From an uncultured Desulfobacterales bacterium (GTDB lineage: Bacteria; Desulfobacterota; Desulfobacteria; Desulfobacterales; Desulfobacteraceae), in assembly GCA_964565415.1 (NCBI GenBank), contig CAZMEX010000005.1:21442-85441 (forward strand): 64,000 bases of DNA, given 5' to 3'. Below are positions 56,101 to 64,000 of the stretch, in pieces. Made by a program: the position numbers and the translations under genes. How positions within the stretch are numbered: the stretch's first letter is position 1; the number at the start of each line of letters is the position of its first letter. The notes under the pieces are model-generated. The model had not been told where the DNA came from. It ran no database searches and worked only from the letters and a program-made list of their open reading frames with translations.

Positions 56101-57240
56101 ATGTCAGGGTATTTAAAGAGGTATTTAGAAAATATAATTATAGAAGACCTGGAACAGAAAATGGTCTTTATTGGAGGACCCCGGCAGGCAGGGAAAACTA
56201 CTCTGGCAAAGTATCTTTGCAAACAGGCTGGATTTGACCCTGAGCAAAGATATATAAACTGGGATGCACTGGATGATCGTGAAAAAATAATGGCTGAAAT
56301 GTTTCCTGCTGGTGCAGGTTATCTGGTGCTGGATGAAATTCATAAATATTCACGATGGCGACAGATTGTAAAGGGTCTTTATGATAAACGAGGGCATGAA
56401 ATACAAATTCTTATTACCGGAAGTGCAAAACTTGATTACTATCGTCGCGGAGGAGATTCACTCCAGGGCAGATATCATTTTCACAGGCTTTTACCGTTAA
56501 CCTTTGCCGAGCTCGATGTTCAAAGCCCGGGAACAATAGAAAGCCTTATGATTTACGGTGGTTTTCCAGAACCATTTTTTTTGCAGTCTGAAAGACAGAC
56601 AAGGCGGTGGAGCAGAGAGTACCGGTCAAGGCTTGTACGCGAAGACCTAGCTGACCTTGAAAATGTAAAAGATTTAGGGTTGATTGAACACATGGTATTC
56701 CGTTTGCCTGATCTGGTTGGAAGCCCTTTGTCAATCAATGCACTTAGGCTGGATTTGCAGGTATCTCATCAGTCTGTTACACGATGGATTAATATGCTTG
56801 AAAATCTATATATGATATTTAGAATTTATCCTTTTGGTGCCCCAAAAATTAGAGCTGTAAAAAAGGAGGCAAAACATTATCATTTTGACTGGACCCTTAT
56901 CAAAGAGACTGGTAAGCGGTTTGAGAACCTTATTGCCTGTCATCTTTTAAAATGGTGCTATTTTATGCAGGATACGCAAGGCAAAGAAATTGAACTGCGT
57001 TATTTTAGAGATGTTGATAAAAGGGAAGTTGATTTTGTAATAACAGAGGACAATAAGCCCATCTATTTTATTGAATGCAAAAAAAGTGGTCAAAAGATAA
57101 ACAGACCGCTTCATTATTTGAAAGTCCGTTTTCCTGATGTCAAGGCAGTCCAGGTTATCTTTGAAAAAAATATTGATCTTGTCTCAAAAGATGATATCAG
57201 AATCTGCTCTGCCCATATTTTTCTTTCTGAGCTTGTGTGA
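56101..57240 (+). CDS. AAA-family ATPase with DUF4143-type C-terminal domain
   Basis: Walker A GGPRQAGKTT, Walker B YLVLDEIH. C-terminal restriction-endonuclease-like EVDFVI...IECK. Confidence 0.85.
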   Translation: MSGYLKRYLENIIIEDLEQKMVFIGGPRQAGKTTLAKYLCKQAGFDPEQRYINWDALDDREKIMAEMFPAGAGYLVLDEIHKYSRWRQIVKGLYDKRGHEIQILITGSAKLDYYRRGGDSLQGRYHFHRLLPLTFAELDVQSPGTIESLMIYGGFPEPFFLQSERQTRRWSREYRSRLVREDLADLENVKDLGLIEHMVFRLPDLVGSPLSINALRLDLQVSHQSVTRWINMLENLYMIFRIYPFGAPKIRAVKKEAKHYHFDWTLIKETGKRFENLIACHLLKWCYFMQDTQGKEIELRYFRDVDKREVDFVITEDNKPIYFIECKKSGQKINRPLHYLKVRFPDVKAVQVIFEKNIDLVSKDDIRICSAHIFLSELV

Positions 57241-57259
57241 AAATATAAGGAAATATTTA

Positions 57260-57666
57260 ATGACAAGTGAAAAAGATTTAGAAAAATTATTAACGTTAAT
57301 GGCTCCTTGTGTTTTTCCTGATGAGTATGTTTTCTGTATTGTGCCTGATGGAAAGTATGGTGATTATTTTGAATATTGCCCTGTGGCTTCATTTATGGAA
57401 TCTGAAGGTCTTACTCTTGTTCTTACAAGAAAGAATACAGATAAAGCTAAACTGCAATATGATTCAGTTTTTAAAAGAATTACTTTGGAAGTTCATTCCA
57501 GTTTAGAAGCTGTTGGTCTTACACTGCTGCTGTATCTGGTAAATTGGCTGAAAATAGCATCAGTGCCAATGTTATTGCGGGCTATTTTCATGATCATGTT
57601 TTTGTTCCAGCTGAAAAGGCAGAGCTTGCACTCAAACTTTTAGAGGAGCTTTGCAATGGAAAATAA
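57260..57666 (+). pseudogene. ACT-domain protein, frameshifted
   Basis: MTSEKDLEKLLTLMAPCV...HSSLEAVGLT, then a frame change near 57530 to AAVSGKLAENSISANVIAGYFHDHVFVPAEKAELALKLLEEL. Confidence 0.6.
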
Positions 57667-57696
57667 AATTAAATGTCATTTTAATCAATCTGATAA

Positions 57697-58271
57697 AGAT
57701 ATCTGTTTGATCGGATTGAACCTGATGATAAAACCGGTCTTGGTAATCTGGCAAGATACATCATTCGTGCCTGTTTCTCTCAGGAAAGACTGGTTTATAT
57801 TCCGGCAAAAAAATTTGATAGTGGTGTTGCCAAGGTTATTTACACATCTAAGGACAGAAAATCCAGAAAAGTTTTTAATGCTTTGGACTGGCTTGCCAGG
57901 CTGGTAACACATATCCCAATCAGATATGAGAATACTGTAAGATATTATGGCTTCTTTTCGAACAAATCCAGGGGAATGAGAAAGAAGGCAGACGTTGATG
58001 ATGTAATCCCGACAATCATGCCAAATGATATGTCTTCTAATGAAGCAAAACAGAATTGGGCTCGGTTAATTCAAAAAATTTATGAAGTCGATCCACTTGT
58101 GTGCCCAAAATGCCAGGGGTCAATGAAAATCATTTGAATCTCTGGGATATCCGCAACCATGATCCGCCTGAGGTTGAACCTGTTCATATTCTTGAATTAA
58201 CATATGTTGAAGAATCAGATTATGACAATTCAGGCTCTCAAATTCCAGTATTTGACACCTTTTGGAGCTGA
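57697..58271 (+). pseudogene. IS91-family (Y2 HUH) transposase C-terminal remnant, 5'-truncated with an internal deletion
   Basis: GNLARYIIRACFSQERLVY...WLARLVTHIPIRYENTVRYYGFFSNKSRGMRKK...CPKCQGSMKII then a stop. The tail LWDIRNHDPPEV... continues in the -1 frame. There is no N-terminal catalytic part. Confidence 0.6.
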
Positions 58272-58381
58272 TATTTTTGAAATTGAGTTGAGGGATTACA
58301 GGTGCCCTATACTCAAATTCAGCCATATTTTAATTTTTCCGGTCTATTTTAACAATAATTCTGCTTCACAAGAACTCTGCA

Positions 58382-58429
58382 CCCGGCACCAGAAGGGACA
58401 CAACATGTTGTGTCCCTTCTGGTGCCGGG
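58382..58429. repeat. 48-nt perfect palindrome (24-bp arms, no spacer)
   Basis: CCCGGCACCAGAAGGGACACAACA / TGTTGTGTCCCTTCTGGTGCCGGG, read directly. GC-rich in an AT-rich spacer. Confidence 0.95.
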
Positions 58430-58545
58430 GTATATTTTTCAGGGTTATAAATTTTTTTTCTCTATTTCTTGACAAAAAGCAAAAAAGCATTTACTTATCC
58501 TTTTAACAATATGCAAATCTGTATAACTACTTTATTAGGCAAAGA

Positions 58546-59787
58546 ATGAAGCTACTTAAAATGATAATAACTCTTTTGATATTCATTGTATTTTTACCGA
58601 ATATTTCGTTTGCTGCGAGTTTTAATTGTCAAGAAGCTACTCAAGAGGTAGATAAAACCATTTGTTCAAACCAAGAACTCACCAAGCTTGATGAAAAGAT
58701 GTCAAAATACTATTTCAAACTTAAGGAATCGCTTGATAAAAAGTCCTCTGGTACACTGTTAAAAAAGCAAAAAAGATGGTTAAAGCAACGGACTAAAAAA
58801 TGTAATTCAAGTGATGCTAACTGTTTAATGAGTTTATATAAAGCAAGAATTCTTGAGTTAAGGGAAAGACACGAAAATCTTATTCCATACACCCTTACAA
58901 AAAAGGAAGCATTCCAAGGGTTGAAAGGAGTCTGTAACTTTAATGATGAAAATATACCTATTGATACTCTTATTTATGCTGGAGGAGCCTATAGCGGAAA
59001 GAAAATTAATTTCCAAATTGATCAGAGTGGACATCAAGCGACCCAATTTGAAGTGATAGTTAATTCACCAGACAAACCTGTTGCTTTAATTTTAGGCGCA
59101 TATGAACCTTCAATTTGGAATATCGCATGGACACAAGGGACTCTGATTACTGCTGTTGTTGCTACCGGTTATCATCGGCAGGCAGTTTCAGGTTTACCAA
59201 ATGATACTCCAATACTTATCAGTTCTTATGATAACGGTGGACCTTGTGGTTATCTTTATATAGTAGAAAAAAACTTACGAAAGATCAATCCTCTTTCCAA
59301 TAAAATTTTTAATAAGGATGTAACGTTAGTACACTATGCAAGCAAAGGTATCTTGATAATTGGTAAACAGATCAATCAAGAAGATAGGCTATTTACGTCT
59401 AAGGACAATCCTCCCGAAGTATTTTTTGATAAATCTGTTCCTCTTGCAGGTAAAGCAGGATTAGAAGATCTCGTTAGAAAAGGTCTGATTCGTAAAGCTA
59501 CATTGGGAGATTCTGAAAGATGGACTCAAATAAAATCAGAAATGTATAAAAAGGAGTTACCTCCTGTTGCTCAAGGATCTATCCCTAAAGCTTCCAAACC
59601 AAGAAGCATGCATAATGGATATGTCATACTTAAACAAATTACAATACCCGCAGGTTTATATGGCGGGAATTCAGCCACATTTTTCTTAAAGAAAGATGTA
59701 CCATATCCAAAAGGAAAACTTGGGCATTCAACTTTATATGATTTTAATACGATGACTTGTTCTGGGACAGGATGCCGTGAGTATTAA
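58546..59787 (+). CDS. Secreted protein with N-terminal DUF1311/LprI-like domain and an uncharacterised C-terminal domain
   Basis: Signal peptide ending SFA. FNCQEATQEVDKTICSNQELTKLDEKMSKYY...QKRWLKQRTKKC...CLMSLYKARILEL fits the four-Cys LprI pattern. Confidence 0.6.
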   Translation: MKLLKMIITLLIFIVFLPNISFAASFNCQEATQEVDKTICSNQELTKLDEKMSKYYFKLKESLDKKSSGTLLKKQKRWLKQRTKKCNSSDANCLMSLYKARILELRERHENLIPYTLTKKEAFQGLKGVCNFNDENIPIDTLIYAGGAYSGKKINFQIDQSGHQATQFEVIVNSPDKPVALILGAYEPSIWNIAWTQGTLITAVVATGYHRQAVSGLPNDTPILISSYDNGGPCGYLYIVEKNLRKINPLSNKIFNKDVTLVHYASKGILIIGKQINQEDRLFTSKDNPPEVFFDKSVPLAGKAGLEDLVRKGLIRKATLGDSERWTQIKSEMYKKELPPVAQGSIPKASKPRSMHNGYVILKQITIPAGLYGGNSATFFLKKDVPYPKGKLGHSTLYDFNTMTCSGTGCREY

Positions 59788-60029
59788 ACACCATTAAGTC
59801 ATTAAGAATACAATTTGTATCCTTGATAAAGTTTTTTATATTCTGTGTAAAGATCCACCAGGTGCTAACAAATAAAAATTTAGAATTATCATATCAAATT
59901 CTGGCTGTATTACAGCCTGATACAGCATGGGTTATATAAAAGTATAAAATCATTTTTAGCTTATCCATTAATTGAATTATCTATTATCACAAAGCTAAAA
60001 TAGTTTTAAATCAGTAGGTTTTCTTTTTT

Positions 60030-60308
60030 TTATGATTTATGAAATAGACCTCGAATACGACCATATATCCCTCGAAGGATACAATTTATAATAAGGAATG
60101 ATGCGATAAATATAAAAAACAATCCAGCCCGTGGATTTAGTGCTTCAGGGATATCTTTTTGTGTAAGAACAAAATCAATATATTCCTTAGGAGCAAAAAA
60201 CATGAAACAAAAAGGAGCTAATAGAGAGATAAGTAACCATGGGTCGAATGTATAAGCTATAATGTCTGCTATGGTACCGGTACCTTTTGACATATTAACG
60301 TTTACCAT
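60030..60308 (-). CDS. Small hypothetical membrane protein (2 TM segments)
   Basis: AGAGGA RBS 7 nt upstream of the ATG at 60308. Two hydrophobic segments. No family recognised. Confidence 0.35.
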   Translation of the reverse strand: MVNVNMSKGTGTIADIIAYTFDPWLLISLLAPFCFMFFAPKEYIDFVLTQKDIPEALNPRAGLFFIFIASFLIINCILRGIYGRIRGLFHKS

Positions 60309-60599
60309 TTCATTTTCCTCTTTTAGACCACAAACCACATATAGAAAAAAATTAATAACTGTGTTTTAGAATAGGGAACACTTTATCCTGTTCAAGTTGT
60401 GCCTATATTTTTTTAAACTATTTTATAATTTTCCAGCCAGATATCAATAATTTTTTATTGATATTGATACGAGGATATCATGATGATTAAAATGCCGCAA
60501 CAATATTGTAACAGCTTGAAATATGGTTGAAAAAATACCATATTGCTGTCCCAGCTCCTTTGCAATGATACTTTTCAGGAGAATAAACCAGAGTGTTGT

Positions 60600-62567
60600 T
60601 TATATTAGCCACTTTTGCAAATCTTCTTCTAAATATTTTGCATTATTTGTTCTAAGATAATAGGATTTATTTTGATGTGTTTGAATTTTCAGCAGAGGTT
60701 TCCAGAAAAGAATTGAATATCCCAAAGTTTTTAAAAATTTCCCTATACTCCATGTTTCTACTTTTAAGTTTTGAATATTCTCTTTTGGGATAACCTGGAT
60801 TCTATTGCCAACCAAATAAATTTTATTTTTGGTCACATCCATGTGTGCATAATAATTGAACAGATATCGGTAGATGAGTAAAAATACGATAATATGTAAA
60901 AATGAATCTGCTATTGTTATGACATAGCTGTAGGGAACATCAATTGTACGAAGATAAAAAGCGTCACCCATACTGAATTTTAATGCCAGGTGTTTTGTCC
61001 ATGCCCAGGAAAAAGAGGTTATGATTGAAACAAAAATAAAAACAAGGACTCCAAGGAAACGATTGCTTAATCTGCGGTGCATTAAAACATCTCTTTTAGT
61101 GTAGGAGATTGTTTTATTAAGCCTGTCAACAAAATTTATTTTATAGTAGCCAAGCAGAAGCAGAATTGTTGTAACTATTGATAATAGTGTCATTTCCAGG
61201 GGAAAATAGTAGTAGTCTCTATATATGTATGAATAGCTGTTTTCAGGTTTAAAAGTATTTTTTACAATATCTCTGAATTCATCATTGGTTATAGATTGAA
61301 ATATTTCAAATGAAGTTTTATCTGAAATATCATGGTGTTCACGCAGGTATTCAGTGGTTCCTATAATCTCCATGAGAGATTGACTGTCATGTTCAATAGA
61401 TGTATATGTTTTCTTATAATTTTTTAATGCATCCTGAATAAATTTATCATCTAAATGTTCAAGATCTTTTTGCATTGTCTTTTTAATAATTTTAATATTA
61501 TTTTCAAAGTCCTTACGCAACCCATCAAAGCTGATTGATGCCACCATGGCTTTTCTGGTTCTACTGCCGAAATGATATGGGCTGATACTGTATGTGGCTC
61601 CCAGCTTGTTTCTCAAATGCTGCTGCAGTCGTTTTGCAAGATTTGTGATATAGGCATCAAGAATAATATATTTCTTGTAACTATCTAAAATATATTTTCC
61701 GCCAACATACCCTACATTGGAGCTATAGCCTTCAATAAAACGAAAAAAGGGTTTATTGTTTAGTTTTGGATTCTCCGACGGGTGATTTACTGTCAGGTTC
61801 CCCTTTATATTTATTGCACCGTATTGTTCTTCTACCAGTGATTTCATCTGTTCTACATCAAAATCACCTGCAATTTTAAGTGTCATATTGGCAGGATAGT
61901 AATAGGTGTTATAGTGTTGCATTACATCTTTAAAAGAGAATGTATGGTAATTTTGTTTTGCTCGATAATTTGGTGGCAGTTTTTTAGGTTCGTCCAATGC
62001 AAAACTCAATTTATAGAAATCATCTTCTGGAGGAGAGAGCTTTTCAATGGTTTCCAGTAAATACCACAGATATTTTTCATACCACATCTCCTCACCAACT
62101 TCAGTTTGTATAGCACCTTTTTCAATCTTTAAGTCTTCCGGGATTACTTTTTTATCAAACAGCATTTTAGAAAAAATTTTTGCTACCCAGTAAGACTTTG
62201 AACTCTCTATTGTGGCAAAATACTCAGTTTCATAGCGTCGGGTATATCCATTGACATAGGTAGCTCCCTCATCTTTGAGATAATCCAGATAATCATTATG
62301 CGGTACCCTTTGATCACGAAAAACAATGTGTTCAACAAGGTGTGAAAGCCCATAGGTGTCATAATCTTCCATGTCGGTTCCCACCTTGACTTTTACTGAT
62401 ATCTGAGTATTAACAGCTTTATTGTCACTCAATAGATAGACTTGCATTCCATTATCAAGCTTGAAATAATGAACATTTTTATAAGGGTCCGCAATATTTT
62501 CAGAATAGGCGTTCACCATAGGCAACAGTGTAAAGGCAAATATCCATAGTATCAATCTTGATTTCAT
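60600..62567 (-). CDS. M16 (pitrilysin/insulinase) family peptidase fused to a C-terminal multi-TM plus PH-like module
   Basis: Signal peptide. Inverted zincin GLSHLVEHIVF (HxxEH). About 440 aa of M16 N+C halves, then about 4 TM segments and a roughly 100-aa tail. Confidence 0.8.
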   Translation of the reverse strand: MKSRLILWIFAFTLLPMVNAYSENIADPYKNVHYFKLDNGMQVYLLSDNKAVNTQISVKVKVGTDMEDYDTYGLSHLVEHIVFRDQRVPHNDYLDYLKDEGATYVNGYTRRYETEYFATIESSKSYWVAKIFSKMLFDKKVIPEDLKIEKGAIQTEVGEEMWYEKYLWYLLETIEKLSPPEDDFYKLSFALDEPKKLPPNYRAKQNYHTFSFKDVMQHYNTYYYPANMTLKIAGDFDVEQMKSLVEEQYGAINIKGNLTVNHPSENPKLNNKPFFRFIEGYSSNVGYVGGKYILDSYKKYIILDAYITNLAKRLQQHLRNKLGATYSISPYHFGSRTRKAMVASISFDGLRKDFENNIKIIKKTMQKDLEHLDDKFIQDALKNYKKTYTSIEHDSQSLMEIIGTTEYLREHHDISDKTSFEIFQSITNDEFRDIVKNTFKPENSYSYIYRDYYYFPLEMTLLSIVTTILLLLGYYKINFVDRLNKTISYTKRDVLMHRRLSNRFLGVLVFIFVSIITSFSWAWTKHLALKFSMGDAFYLRTIDVPYSYVITIADSFLHIIVFLLIYRYLFNYYAHMDVTKNKIYLVGNRIQVIPKENIQNLKVETWSIGKFLKTLGYSILFWKPLLKIQTHQNKSYYLRTNNAKYLEEDLQKWLI

Positions 62568-62576
62568 TTTTACTCT

Positions 62577-64000
<1,424 letters not shown>

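Noticed and set aside
57656-57907. 83-aa ORF (MENKIKCHFNQ...)
   Set aside because: Wrong frame. The neighbouring frame gives continuous IS91-type transposase similarity from 57697 to 58137.
58204-58506. 100-aa plus-strand ORF crossing the 48-nt palindrome
   Set aside because: It runs through the IS91 tail remnant and the palindrome. It has no RBS, and its translation is low-complexity.
60520-60544. AT-rich hairpin AATATGGT-N9-ACCATATT downstream of the M16 peptidase gene as a terminator
   Set aside because: The all-A/T-dominated 8-bp stem is weak, and no adjacent T-run lies on the relevant (minus) strand.

Overview
The window is AT-rich bacterial chromosome. The anaerobic (cbi) cobalamin pathway, PFOR and a periplasmic CbiK point to an anaerobic Desulfobacterota-like organism, but this taxonomic guess is tentative. 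I found no rRNA, tRNA or CRISPR.

Layout:
- 0.1-4.2 kb: thioesterase, a fused HIS7-type HisH-HisF, a MaoC-like protein and a PatB-type lyase.
- 4.25-12.4 kb: a cobalamin riboswitch with terminator, followed by a TonB-dependent receptor, a DUF2162-like membrane protein, an ExbB-like protein, an ExbD-like DUF2149 protein and a 1307-aa CobN homologue that appears to be exported.
- 12.4-23.3 kb: a second, paralogous promoter/riboswitch/terminator module. It heads a roughly 10.6-kb operon: signal-peptide CbiK, BtuCDF-like ABC transporter, then cbiL, cbiET, cbiF, cbiG, cbiH, cobO and cobQ.
- 23.3-29.3 kb (minus strand): a REC-PAS-DHp regulator, citrate synthase, an FmdB zinc ribbon, and cbiD-cbiA-cbiC.
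- 29.5-47.7 kb: housekeeping genes (glnE, hutI, hutU, Hpt plus REC, a MoaD-like protein, LysR, RecD2, gmhB, rlpA, lon, hsp20, a hydrolase).
- 47.9-53.3 kb: a visibly GC-richer block holding TetR, an RND/MMPL exporter, a LolA-like protein and a DUF1302 barrel.
- 53.4-58.4 kb: decayed mobile and accessory DNA. It holds a SUKH immunity gene, an XRE remnant, a RelE toxin-antitoxin pair, a frameshifted IS110 element with a structured non-coding end, an AAA ATPase, a frameshifted ACT gene, an IS91 remnant and a 48-nt perfect palindrome.
- 58.5-64 kb: a DUF1311 secreted protein, an M16 peptidase fused to a membrane module, and the 3' part of PFOR.

The most interesting candidate is the B12-riboswitch-gated cluster at 4.25-12.4 kb. 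It resembles Hmu-type systems but carries corrinoid/cobalt regulatory logic.

All family calls rest on motif recognition by eye. No searches or alignments were run.
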